64,000 bases of DNA from a virus. Shown here one piece after another: positions 36,909-45,997 of the stretch (position 1 is the first letter of the stretch; the number at the start of each line of letters is the position of its first letter). The notes below the pieces were generated by a model. The model saw nothing but the letters and a program-made list of their open reading frames with translations. It was not told the origin of the DNA and ran no database searches. Location: positions 32,185 through 96,184 of IMG/VR virus record IMGVR_UViG_3300042396_000723. One strand, given 5' to 3'. The position numbers and the translations under genes are program-made.

Positions 36909-37628
36909 TCAAGTGATTAATTTTAAAGATTGAATGGCATCATCCCAGAAAAACTGACCAGGTGTAAATTCTCCCTGTTGCTCAACAAACCGTCTACCCC
37001 TCCATTCTACATAATCAATAAATCCCAAGTTCTCCCCAATATTAAAGACATTGAGTTTACCAATTAGCTCCTGATGTGCGGTATATTGCCCTGTCATCTC
37101 CAAAGTTTCCCCTCCTCTAATCCGACAGCAGGAATTAGAGCAATCAATCACAACTCGCTCCCCTACTTGCCCAAAATTAAGAGGGACACCTCTATTTAAA
37201 ACTTGAGATACAATCATTCCCAACGGAACAGATACTATCAACTCACACATTACCCTGGGGATAGGGGCGTTAAATTCTATGGTTAAATTAATACTATCAG
37301 GAACGGTATTAGTCGCAAAATAGACAGTAGTATTTTGTAAATAGAATCTTTGCCCAGTCAATCTATCTGGGTTTGTGGCTTGAATAAAATTGTTTATCCC
37401 GACCCGTAGAACAGCTAAAAAAGGCAGATTTATTTTATAAAGGGTAAAGACGGCATCAGGGGTTGTTAGCTCTGTTGGGGAAGGGTTAACGCCAGGGTAT
37501 TTGTGAAATGTTTTAGTTTGAAATAAAGGAGCTAATGTCTGATTTCCTTGTGCAGACAAAATAGGAGCCGATAAATTAAATGGACTCAGGATTGTTGCGG
37601 GTAAGTTAGAATTAGAGAGCGTGAACAT
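36909..37628 (-). CDS. virion structural protein candidate
   Basis: 239 aa ORF upstream of the 788-aa gene. Confidence 0.35.
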   Translation of the reverse strand: MFTLSNSNLPATILSPFNLSAPILSAQGNQTLAPLFQTKTFHKYPGVNPSPTELTTPDAVFTLYKINLPFLAVLRVGINNFIQATNPDRLTGQRFYLQNTTVYFATNTVPDSINLTIEFNAPIPRVMCELIVSVPLGMIVSQVLNRGVPLNFGQVGERVVIDCSNSCCRIRGGETLEMTGQYTAHQELIGKLNVFNIGENLGFIDYVEWRGRRFVEQQGEFTPGQFFWDDAIQSLKLIT

Positions 37629-37659
37629 AAAAAATTAATTTAACTACTAATATTATCCC

Positions 37660-38076
37660 GTGAATTATCGCCAAGAATTAAAACAGACCATAGAATTGTT
37701 TGTCCCTCAAGTTGAACAAGCATTTCTCAAAGCATTCTTTCTAAAAGACCTCGATTTTGGGCGGGATTTAATGGTGGGGGAGCGGACGGGTGCGATAGAT
37801 TGGTATACCTCTGACCTGGGATCTCTTGTAGGAAACGTGATGATTTCGATGGGTTGTAGCTCCCGATTAAATGCCGAGATAGAAAAAGCAACCGAGGCGA
37901 TTTATGCCAGACACGGGATATTTTCCATCAACGAGGAGGTTGTTAGAGCCATAGAGCTTTCAACCGCCAAGGTACAGCTAAAAGGGGAAGTGAATGCTAC
38001 AACAGTGCAACAAACTTCTTCTCGGCTCTGGGTAGCAATTTCCACGTTTCAAATTGACTGTTTTATTGGGTTGTGA
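37660..38076 (+). CDS. hypothetical protein (opposite-strand insert between minus-strand genes)
   Basis: 138 aa plus-strand ORF filling the gap between 37628 and 38078. Confidence 0.3.
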   Translation: MNYRQELKQTIELFVPQVEQAFLKAFFLKDLDFGRDLMVGERTGAIDWYTSDLGSLVGNVMISMGCSSRLNAEIEKATEAIYARHGIFSINEEVVRAIELSTAKVQLKGEVNATTVQQTSSRLWVAISTFQIDCFIGL

Positions 38077-38077
38077 T

Positions 38078-39682
38078 CTATTTTTTCATCCAATCAGCCA
38101 GTCCTTCTCGGTAAGTTTTAGCAAACGCATAGCATACCGCATCGGCTAAGTTAGGCGATCGCCCGATAATACGCTTAATATCATCTTTTTTGGTAATCAT
38201 TATTGTTTTCCCAGACTCCCACCACCGGAATGCACAGAGTTCTTCTTTTAATTGATCGTCGGGAGGTAAACAGATCGGGATTTGATTCTTGGGGTCTAAT
38301 AAGTCTCGCAGATTCCAGTACCAATAAGTCCGCATATTAGCAAAAGTCAAGAGTCCGCTTTTGTCTTTCAAATACTCGCCGTTTCCATCCTTCGCGGCTT
38401 CACTTCCTTTCAAGGGAATAACGTGCATTTTCATCCCTCGACAGGTATCGTGAACCGCAGCGCCCACCCCAATTACGTCAATTTGTACCTTTACCCCAAT
38501 GTTCGCCATACAGGAGGCAATCTGCTGCGCGACAATATTGCTGTCTGGGGTCTGGCTTCCATCAAATTCCCTGAGTCTATCAAGCCAGTTGTCCCATCGC
38601 AGAGCCAACACTGTCTTATCTATCCCACCCCGCGCCACATCCACACCAATATGGGACATTTTTAAGGTTTGAGGATAGTCAACCCATCGTTGCATCGCCA
38701 AAGTGACCCAATCCCCAGGAATAACTTGATAGGGGTCTGATTCTGGCTCGATGGTCATGTCGCCATAGAGAAGCTGCGATCGCAAAGGTTCAGGGAGAGA
38801 TTGCAGCACCCCTCTATATCCTGAATCTTTCAGGAAAGGATTGTCGTCTAGTGTCGCTCGAATAAATGTGCGGGATCGGGGTTCTAAGTCTTCGTCTCCA
38901 ATTCTGATCTTTTTAGGCTTGGGATAATAGAGTTTTCCCTCAACCTTTACAGGATCAAGAGAAGAAACCTCGTGGATTTCCTTGCCAATCGTGAGATAAA
39001 AGCTATCAACATCTACTTCTTGGTCTTTCCCGTTCACCCCCACAAACCAACGCAACTCACCTGGTTCGGCAAGGTGTCTTCCTGTCTGAGATTCATATTT
39101 TGGATCAAGCCAGGGAGCCAGGTAGCCGATAATCCATCGCCCACTTACTTGACTGGGAGGATTAAACGTAAAGATTACTCGGCATTTTTGATGGGGATCG
39201 GGACTTCTGCACCAACCTGTTAAAAAGAGGAATTGCTCAAGGGAGAACTCTGTCACCTCGTCTACTGCCTTGAGATCGTGTTCAATCCCTCGCCAGTTTT
39301 CAATATCACTTTCATGTTGCGCCGCACCAAACTTTAGAGTTCTCCCTCCGGGTATTTTCCTCCATAGCTTTTCGTTACTATTGTAAGTCGCCCCACTCCC
39401 CCGTAATAATAGCCGCGATTTTTCAATAATATCTAGCAGCCGAGGATACTCTCGCCGGAAAACAATTGATTTCCGGTGTTGTGTCACCGCCATAATCTGA
39501 ATGATTGCGGTTTTCCCCCCTCCAGCACTCCCCCCAAACCCAATAATGTCAGCATGGGAAGACAAAGCCATTCTTTGTGGTTCACTTTTGGGTTCCCAAG
39601 GGTTCCAGTTTGCAATACTCTGTCCAGTAAATCCTAATTTGTCTAATACAGAAGGGTAGCCACTATGTCTTTGTTTTGTCAC
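38078..39682 (-). CDS. terminase large subunit
   Basis: 534 aa; N-terminal Walker A-like GFGGSAGGGKT (ATPase) and an acidic-residue-rich C-terminal half consistent with an RNase H-like nuclease; size and position fit TerL. Confidence 0.75.
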   Translation of the reverse strand: MTKQRHSGYPSVLDKLGFTGQSIANWNPWEPKSEPQRMALSSHADIIGFGGSAGGGKTAIIQIMAVTQHRKSIVFRREYPRLLDIIEKSRLLLRGSGATYNSNEKLWRKIPGGRTLKFGAAQHESDIENWRGIEHDLKAVDEVTEFSLEQFLFLTGWCRSPDPHQKCRVIFTFNPPSQVSGRWIIGYLAPWLDPKYESQTGRHLAEPGELRWFVGVNGKDQEVDVDSFYLTIGKEIHEVSSLDPVKVEGKLYYPKPKKIRIGDEDLEPRSRTFIRATLDDNPFLKDSGYRGVLQSLPEPLRSQLLYGDMTIEPESDPYQVIPGDWVTLAMQRWVDYPQTLKMSHIGVDVARGGIDKTVLALRWDNWLDRLREFDGSQTPDSNIVAQQIASCMANIGVKVQIDVIGVGAAVHDTCRGMKMHVIPLKGSEAAKDGNGEYLKDKSGLLTFANMRTYWYWNLRDLLDPKNQIPICLPPDDQLKEELCAFRWWESGKTIMITKKDDIKRIIGRSPNLADAVCYAFAKTYREGLADWMKK

Positions 39683-39774
39683 CTATCTTCCCCGTATAAC
39701 CAATTGTGATTTTAATTTTTATCCTTCCCTTTGAAGATGGTCTAGTTGCTCTATTTAGAACAATTCTTTCCATA

Positions 39775-40434
39775 TTAAAACTCCGTAGGAACACTTACCC
39801 CAAAATTAATTAACCAGTTATATAACCTAGACCTATCCTTAACAAAATCATCGTCCAATGGTTCGTTTTCTAAGTTTTCATCCCCACCTGTTGTTTCCCC
39901 TTTGGCTAACTCCTCCGCCTGTTTTAGTCTATCATTTGCTTGTTTACATAGCTTTGCCAAATCATCTAAAGAGTAATGATTTTCAAGTCCTCCCACCTTA
40001 AATATTAAGATAGCATCCGCTATAATATCAAGGGCTAAATCTCCCGTTGTAATAAGCTCCTGGGGAAGTAATTTAGAGTCTGTCCCATCTTCGGGATACT
40101 TGTAACCCAATAATTGTTCTAGTAAACTCAATCCTGGGATTAGCTGCTCTCGATAGGTGATCGGCTCCGTTGCTATAAAAAAATGATGGCGTGATTCTTG
40201 AGTTAATTGGTCAGGATCAAACTCAAAAAAATGAGCTATTTTTAAATAATGACAACGAAACCGAGGGAAAAGGTAATCATCCATTTTCTCTGGGTAAATG
40301 TGAAGCCCTGCAATGGACTTCTTTAAATCCAAAAGATATGCAGATAGTTTCCTAGACTCTCTAATAGCCACAGGGAAAACCAAGATAAAATTCCCAGTCT
40401 GATAATTTAATCGGAAGTGCAACATTAAAGCCAC
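39775..40434 (-). CDS. hypothetical protein (possible terminase small subunit, by position only)
   Basis: 219 aa ORF immediately upstream of the large terminase; acidic C-terminus. Confidence 0.3.
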   Translation of the reverse strand: MALMLHFRLNYQTGNFILVFPVAIRESRKLSAYLLDLKKSIAGLHIYPEKMDDYLFPRFRCHYLKIAHFFEFDPDQLTQESRHHFFIATEPITYREQLIPGLSLLEQLLGYKYPEDGTDSKLLPQELITTGDLALDIIADAILIFKVGGLENHYSLDDLAKLCKQANDRLKQAEELAKGETTGGDENLENEPLDDDFVKDRSRLYNWLINFGVSVPTEF

Positions 40435-41066
40435 TCCTCCTGACTATCTTGCCAATTAACTAACTTGATTCTATTGCCAAATAATGGCTCGAATTCGCAT
40501 TGTTTTAATTCCAAATATCGCCACCTTCGATTTAGGGATTCCCCTTCCTTGAAGACAAGATGGGCATCTAGTTTTTCTATGGGTTCCTGTAGCTCTTGGG
40601 TCGCTTCACGGTAAATCACCTGCGTCCTAATTTTTACCGTTTGCCCAGAAAGATTGGGAGAAGCATAGATTTTCCCGCCTTCTTCAACCACGATTTGAGA
40701 TTGACCTGTAATCCTATCTACTAATTCTACTGTTAGAGGCGATTTATTATCGGCATTTGGGAAGTAATAAGCGATCGCCTCGCTATCTGGTTTAGGGATT
40801 TTAATATCATATTTTGAAGCATTGCCAGAGAGGGATAATTGCCCACCATTCCCCGATAACCTCGCCTCTAAGAGCGTAAAGTCCAGAAATTCAGGGGTAA
40901 CAGCCCATCGTTTTTTCCTGCGCAATGCTGCGACTAATGGATGACCAGCTAACTTTAACTCGATTTTATCTTCGTCAACCTTGACAGAAGAAGGCAACAC
41001 CAAATCAGGAGGGGTGTACAACTCGCCTCCTGACTCCTTTACCCAAGCTCGGCAAACTTTACGCAT
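40425..41066 (-). CDS. hypothetical protein
   Basis: ORF with a likely start at the internal ATG (complement near 41066); the track ORF extends to 41198 and overlaps the upstream gene. Confidence 0.35.
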   Translation of the reverse strand: MRKVCRAWVKESGGELYTPPDLVLPSSVKVDEDKIELKLAGHPLVAALRRKKRWAVTPEFLDFTLLEARLSGNGGQLSLSGNASKYDIKIPKPDSEAIAYYFPNADNKSPLTVELVDRITGQSQIVVEEGGKIYASPNLSGQTVKIRTQVIYREATQELQEPIEKLDAHLVFKEGESLNRRWRYLELKQCEFEPLFGNRIKLVNWQDSQEEWL

Positions 41067-41742
41067 TAACAGAAGCGGAGATCGCCTCCATGCTTGTAGG
41101 GTGATTTGCGAGGGTTTCAGTGCCTGTCCGTGAAACAGTAGGAGGGTTTCCCCCGTCATAAAAAACGGCTTGTGAAACCCCTGCAATATTCCGCCCACCA
41201 GAGGGGAGAATGAAGTACGTTTTTATCTCTCCTATTTTTCGCATTTTTGCGGTTCCCGATGCAGCAGTGGTTTGGGCGACAACAATATTACTAGGCGTGG
41301 TAGACCCACCTACATCGTAAGTAATTGTTACCCCAGGCAAGTCAGAAGTAAGGGTTAAAACATTGGTCGCTGCCGTTCCTGAAACCAAAGCAGATGCAGA
41401 AGGAACTCCATTAATCTCCTCTAAAAGTCTTGTTGCAATTGTGGTCGCAGTATCACCTGACCTTTGGGTGTGGGAGACAATAGCCGAGTTACCCCCGGCA
41501 GTGATTCCTATTAGGTAGTCATCCCCTGTACTCCCTGCTGTGATGGTCATGGTATTCACTTGAGACACCGCGCCACCAAAATCTGCCCAGGCTTCTAACA
41601 CATCCTTTACCACCCCCCCTTCAGTAATTTGTGTCCGTACCCTTTTAAAAGGGATTGTTACCGTCAGGTCGGGTTGGGATGCAGGATAACTAATTGAGCC
41701 AATTGAAGAAGTCATTTGTTTTGAGTAATAACTTATTAACAA
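41059..41742 (-). CDS. hypothetical protein, Thr/Ser/Gly-rich
   Basis: 227 aa ORF, first gene of the leftward late operon. Confidence 0.35.
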   Translation of the reverse strand: MLISYYSKQMTSSIGSISYPASQPDLTVTIPFKRVRTQITEGGVVKDVLEAWADFGGAVSQVNTMTITAGSTGDDYLIGITAGGNSAIVSHTQRSGDTATTIATRLLEEINGVPSASALVSGTAATNVLTLTSDLPGVTITYDVGGSTTPSNIVVAQTTAASGTAKMRKIGEIKTYFILPSGGRNIAGVSQAVFYDGGNPPTVSRTGTETLANHPTSMEAISASVNA

Positions 41743-41813
41743 TATTATAATTATAATTATGCCTTAAACTCAAAGATAATTCCGCAAAAAAATACCAATA
41801 ACTTTATATAAAA

Positions 41814-43802
41814 ATGACCGCCCAATCATCCGAGACAACAAAAAAAGAAACCACCACAGAGATTGTGAATCGTTATAGAGAAGACTCTCGCGTCATGATG
41901 CAAGCGTTAGCGGAGAGTGCCGACGCAAGTTCGATGCGAAATCCTCTCCCTGTAACGGGAAGAATCCAGCCTTTCTCTCAACAGCAAGTAGAAAACTGTT
42001 TAGCAGACGCGATCTTAAAACGAATTGCATGGAGCCTTCCATCTTCGTCAACCCAAAAGATGTGGCAGTTATCCTTGGGGGATGACTTCTCTAGTAAGAC
42101 GGGTTCTAAATTAGTCCGAGATTATTATGCCTATCACGAAAGATTGAAAACCATATCACAATTTAGAAAAGCATTGCAGTTCTCTCGCTCTCATGGTGGG
42201 ACAGTTATTATTCTCAAGATTAACGATGGAAGACATTATTCCGAACCTGTTGATGAAGGCAAGATTAAATCAATCTCTGGGTTAATCGTTCGTCACCGAT
42301 GGCAAGTTGCTCCTTCGGTGAGAACGGCTGCTAGTATATTTGACCTTGATGACATTGAACATTATGAAATCCTAACAATTGACCAACAAATAAAACAAAA
42401 ATTACTATTTAACGGAACAAATTCCAAGCAGGATGATCGCCTGATTCATCGGTCAAGAATCCTCCGGTTTAATGGGGCATTAATGCCTGATGATTGGATG
42501 ATTTCCTATAACAATGGATGGGGATTGAGTGTCTTTGACGAGGTTTGGAAATATTATAAAAACTATACGAATGGACTCAATGCAGTAGGCGAATTAATTA
42601 AAACCCAATCAGTTCTACAGCATTCTTTTGAAGGACTGCGGGAACTGATGATGGCATCTGATGAAGAAAGTATCGCAGCTATTAAGCAAACCATGAAATC
42701 AATCCGACTAATGTTTGATCTATATGGCATGGTTCTCCACGACTCCCGTGAACAATTCAACTGGAATGCCCGCCCCGTCGTCGGGATGGATTCACTCGTG
42801 CAAGTACAGAAGGATGGGGTAACAGGAGCCTCTGGGATGCCTCACACGATAGTTTGGGGAGAAAGCCCTGGGGGTTTGGGGCGTGATGGCAAGGAGACCC
42901 AAATCAACTATGCTAACTCGGTGGCAGAGTACCAAGGAGAGAGCTTAGATCCTAGCGCAGCTATTCTTGATCGTTATATCTTCTTGGCTAAAGACGGCCC
43001 CACAAAAGGCAAAATCCCCGACAACTACCAGAGGCAGTACCCTTCTATCTTGAGGATGACCATCGAGGATCTCCGCTCTGGACGCTCATCTGATATTCAG
43101 GCATTGGCTTCAGGTATTCAAGCCGGATTCATCACGACAGATGAAGCTCGGACAGTGCCTTCTAACTCCGGTTGGTGGCCAGAGCTTAATCTTGATCAAA
43201 AAGCATGGGAAGAAGCCAGGAAAAAAGCAGAAGAACAAGCAAACTCCCTTGGTGGTTTTGATATGGGAGCATTAGGAGGAGAGGAAGTTGCCCCACCCAC
43301 TGAAGAACCCGTCGAAGAAGAATCTATAACTCAAATGGACAGTGCTGTTTACACCCCAATAAAGCGGGTTCTTAATTGGCACGGGCTATCAATTGGGGTC
43401 ACTCACGATAAAGGGGATCTTCGCTATAACAAAACGATGAAGGTAGGGTATGGGCATATTAGACGCAGCTATGGACACGCGGAGGACGCAAAAGCAATCG
43501 ACGTTTATATCAAAAATCCAAACTCACCTAGTCTCTGGAAGGTTCGGCAACTCAACACAACAACAGGGGAGATTGACGAAACAAAGTATTTCTTGGGTTT
43601 TGATTCCCCCAAAGAAGTGCGCGATTGCTATTACTATCATGCCGGATTAGATCGTTTTGGAGGAGTGGAGAAGTGCGATCCTACGGAATTAAACCAATAT
43701 CGCCAAGATGCAGAAGAATTGGAGGGAGTTAATGAAGTTTATCAAAATAAGATATTAACAGATGTAGCAAATAGAATCAATCAACAAACTCAATTAGATT
43801 AA
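41814..43802 (+). CDS. portal protein candidate
   Basis: 662 aa, first gene of the rightward head operon, divergent from the terminase operon; size and position fit a portal. No motif confirmed. Confidence 0.4.
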   Translation: MTAQSSETTKKETTTEIVNRYREDSRVMMQALAESADASSMRNPLPVTGRIQPFSQQQVENCLADAILKRIAWSLPSSSTQKMWQLSLGDDFSSKTGSKLVRDYYAYHERLKTISQFRKALQFSRSHGGTVIILKINDGRHYSEPVDEGKIKSISGLIVRHRWQVAPSVRTAASIFDLDDIEHYEILTIDQQIKQKLLFNGTNSKQDDRLIHRSRILRFNGALMPDDWMISYNNGWGLSVFDEVWKYYKNYTNGLNAVGELIKTQSVLQHSFEGLRELMMASDEESIAAIKQTMKSIRLMFDLYGMVLHDSREQFNWNARPVVGMDSLVQVQKDGVTGASGMPHTIVWGESPGGLGRDGKETQINYANSVAEYQGESLDPSAAILDRYIFLAKDGPTKGKIPDNYQRQYPSILRMTIEDLRSGRSSDIQALASGIQAGFITTDEARTVPSNSGWWPELNLDQKAWEEARKKAEEQANSLGGFDMGALGGEEVAPPTEEPVEEESITQMDSAVYTPIKRVLNWHGLSIGVTHDKGDLRYNKTMKVGYGHIRRSYGHAEDAKAIDVYIKNPNSPSLWKVRQLNTTTGEIDETKYFLGFDSPKEVRDCYYYHAGLDRFGGVEKCDPTELNQYRQDAEELEGVNEVYQNKILTDVANRINQQTQLD

Positions 43803-44047
43803 TTTTAAATTAATTGGTTTTTGAATGCAACTTAGTCAGCCCATTTTATTTCACTAGGGTTGGCTAAGTTGTCTAAACTGTTACATCAAATCTTTGTCAG
43901 TTCCTGATTTACGGGCTACGTAAATCTATGTATAGGTTAAGGTAGTTTGGCAACAATTGGCACTTCGGACAGTAAGGACACCCCAGACCCACTGCAACGG
44001 TCTGTCTCCCGCCTATTCACCAAGAAATCAATACAATAAAAAAGGTG

Positions 44048-44072
44048 TGATTTTCTTATATAGAAATTATTT
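44048..44072 (+). promoter_or_regulatory. conserved 25-bp element GATTTTCTTATATAGAAATTATTTT, copy 1
   Basis: Exact 25-bp identity with 51066-51090; lies 75 bp upstream of the ATG at 44147; contains a TATATAG core. Confidence 0.4.
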
Positions 44073-44146
44073 TATAAAGTCCCGTTGATCTATAAGAATT
44101 TAACCTTAAAATTATAGTAATAACTTCTGATCAGAAGGGTTTTATC

Positions 44147-44539
44147 ATGCCAATTCCTGTTAGTTTTTTCAAGATTACAAGAGCCGGAAAGGATTACGCC
44201 TTCAAGCCCGAAGACATCTCGTTTGGGGACGACGACACTCTTGAGGTTAAATTAAATCAAGGGGGAGATATAGCGGTCATCCCTCTTGTAAAAAAATCCG
44301 TGACATTAACAATTCAGGGTGCTGTTGACACTGATCTTGATACGTTTGAAACCGAGAGAACCCAAAATGTCCAAAACTTAATTGACAATCAGCCGGTTGG
44401 CGCAAACATGGCTTTTGCAAACTATATTATTTACAGTGCTTACTTGCGAAAAGTAACCCCCACTGCCCCAATTACCGTGTCAGGGAAGACCTTGTTTGAC
44501 ACAATTGAGTTAGAGTTTGCCTCTCGCGTTTACGTTTAA
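44147..44539 (+). CDS. hypothetical protein
   Basis: 130 aa ORF downstream of the conserved 25-bp element. Confidence 0.35.
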   Translation: MPIPVSFFKITRAGKDYAFKPEDISFGDDDTLEVKLNQGGDIAVIPLVKKSVTLTIQGAVDTDLDTFETERTQNVQNLIDNQPVGANMAFANYIIYSAYLRKVTPTAPITVSGKTLFDTIELEFASRVYV

Positions 44540-44589
44540 ATTTATACTGCCTAAGCCAATCAAGGTTTAGGTAGTAGCCCCTAAAATCT

Positions 44590-45555
44590 ATGTATAAAAA
44601 GATGACACCAACAGAAACTTCAGTAAAATTAGCGATTGCACAAGTCTTGTCAATGCCTTCTGTTTTTAACGCACCTCTTTACGTCTTGGATTTTAACATT
44701 GACGAAAAAGGGACGGTATCAGGAAGGTTTAGAGATGCTGCTAGACCCCGTGTATTTAGCTATGAGATTGCAGACGATGGAATAACCTTTAGTCCCTTTG
44801 TCCCTGGAAGAATGGATAGCAGTGACTGGAAAGTAGAAGACTGGGAGAAGTTTTCAGATGGCTATTCGTTTAGGATTGACGCAGGGATGCAAAAACGAAC
44901 CGACAAGCCAAAATGTAATCCGGCTGTTTCTTTTTCTTGTGGAAAGGCTTGTGTTAGTTTAAAAAAGAAATGCAAAACAGATCCTCAAGATCCGACTTCT
45001 GTAGCCAAGAAAGAAAAATTAAAAGCTGTTATTAAAGAGGTTACAGTTACCGACAAGACGAGCAAAATTAAAGTCAGTAAGGATAAATCTAGTAAGCCCA
45101 AAGCCAATAAATTGATCAATGACCTAGAACCCTTAGAGCCATTAAACACCTCTCGGACACCCACTGAAACCGTGTTACCTGAGCTAAGTTCTAACAATGT
45201 TGTTAAGGGTCTTGGTGGTAAAGTGGGCAGAGGAAAATATTCAGGCGATGCGGGTAGGGATTTTGAAGATACTGGCAAGATGATGAACTACCCACTAAAA
45301 AGCGTTGTAGCCACAAAGGACATGAAAGGGAAGGAAAAAGAAGTGGCAGACGTAGCAAAAATGTTGAAAGAATCCGAGAGAAATTGGCTCCCTGTTTATG
45401 TCAAAGAAGTTAGACCTTACGAGTATGAAGTTGTCGGAAATCATTTGACCCATGCAGCAGCAATAAAAGCAGGGTTTGAGAGGATTTGGACTATTCCGGT
45501 TGATTCAGATCCGGCTACTCTCAAACAGATTCAAATGTTAACAAACGGTAATTAA
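44590..45555 (+). CDS. modular family member A: conserved N-domain, 4-Cys linker, ParB/Srx-like C-terminus (tentative)
   Basis: N-domain (KLAIAQVLSMP...GRFRDAARPRVFSYEI...GYSFRIDA) and KPKCNPAVSFSCGKACVSLKKKCKTDPQD shared with the paralogs; C-terminus LPVYVKEV...YEVVGNHLTHAAAIKAGFERIWTIPV resembles ParB-like domains. Confidence 0.5.
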   Translation: MYKKMTPTETSVKLAIAQVLSMPSVFNAPLYVLDFNIDEKGTVSGRFRDAARPRVFSYEIADDGITFSPFVPGRMDSSDWKVEDWEKFSDGYSFRIDAGMQKRTDKPKCNPAVSFSCGKACVSLKKKCKTDPQDPTSVAKKEKLKAVIKEVTVTDKTSKIKVSKDKSSKPKANKLINDLEPLEPLNTSRTPTETVLPELSSNNVVKGLGGKVGRGKYSGDAGRDFEDTGKMMNYPLKSVVATKDMKGKEKEVADVAKMLKESERNWLPVYVKEVRPYEYEVVGNHLTHAAAIKAGFERIWTIPVDSDPATLKQIQMLTNGN

Positions 45556-45596
45556 TTCCTGTGTTTATTTTACAATCTTATAAATTAAGATTTGAT

Positions 45597-45672
45597 GCTC
45601 CGCCAACAGAAATCCAGGCGAAATTAGCGATCGCCAAAGTACATCTCAATATTGGTAGAAGTGAACTTAATT
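45597..45672 (+). pseudogene. decayed remnant of the family N-domain start
   Basis: One frame reads APPTEIQAKLAIAKVHLNIGRSELN then stop, matching the paralog N-domain opening (APTExQMKLxIAQxLSM...) but truncated. Confidence 0.35.
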
Positions 45673-45723
45673 AAGCAAAAACAAAGTACAATAGACTCAT
45701 CGCATTAAAAAGGAAAATCAATC

Positions 45724-45948
45724 ATGAAAGCTAAAAAAACTGCTGTTGAAGGACAGAAGAAAATTAAAACCGTTCCCCCTGCTGTTGTAGATGAAGATGA
45801 GGATGTTTTAGGGGAAGGGGAGACATTGCAGGAATTTGACAAGAGAATGGAGAAAAAATATCCGAAAAGAAGTTATGACGATTTGACAGAAGAAGAAAAA
45901 CGCGAACGTGCCAAACGTTTTGTAGCTCAAGGGCCGGAAGACTGGTAA
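45724..45948 (+). CDS. hypothetical small charged protein
   Basis: 74 aa, Lys/Glu-rich, between family members A and B. Confidence 0.3.
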   Translation: MKAKKTAVEGQKKIKTVPPAVVDEDEDVLGEGETLQEFDKRMEKKYPKRSYDDLTEEEKRERAKRFVAQGPEDW

Positions 45949-45997
45949 ACTCCCCAGCCCGCACCCGTACAAAAAAATTTAGTTTATCTCAAAAACA

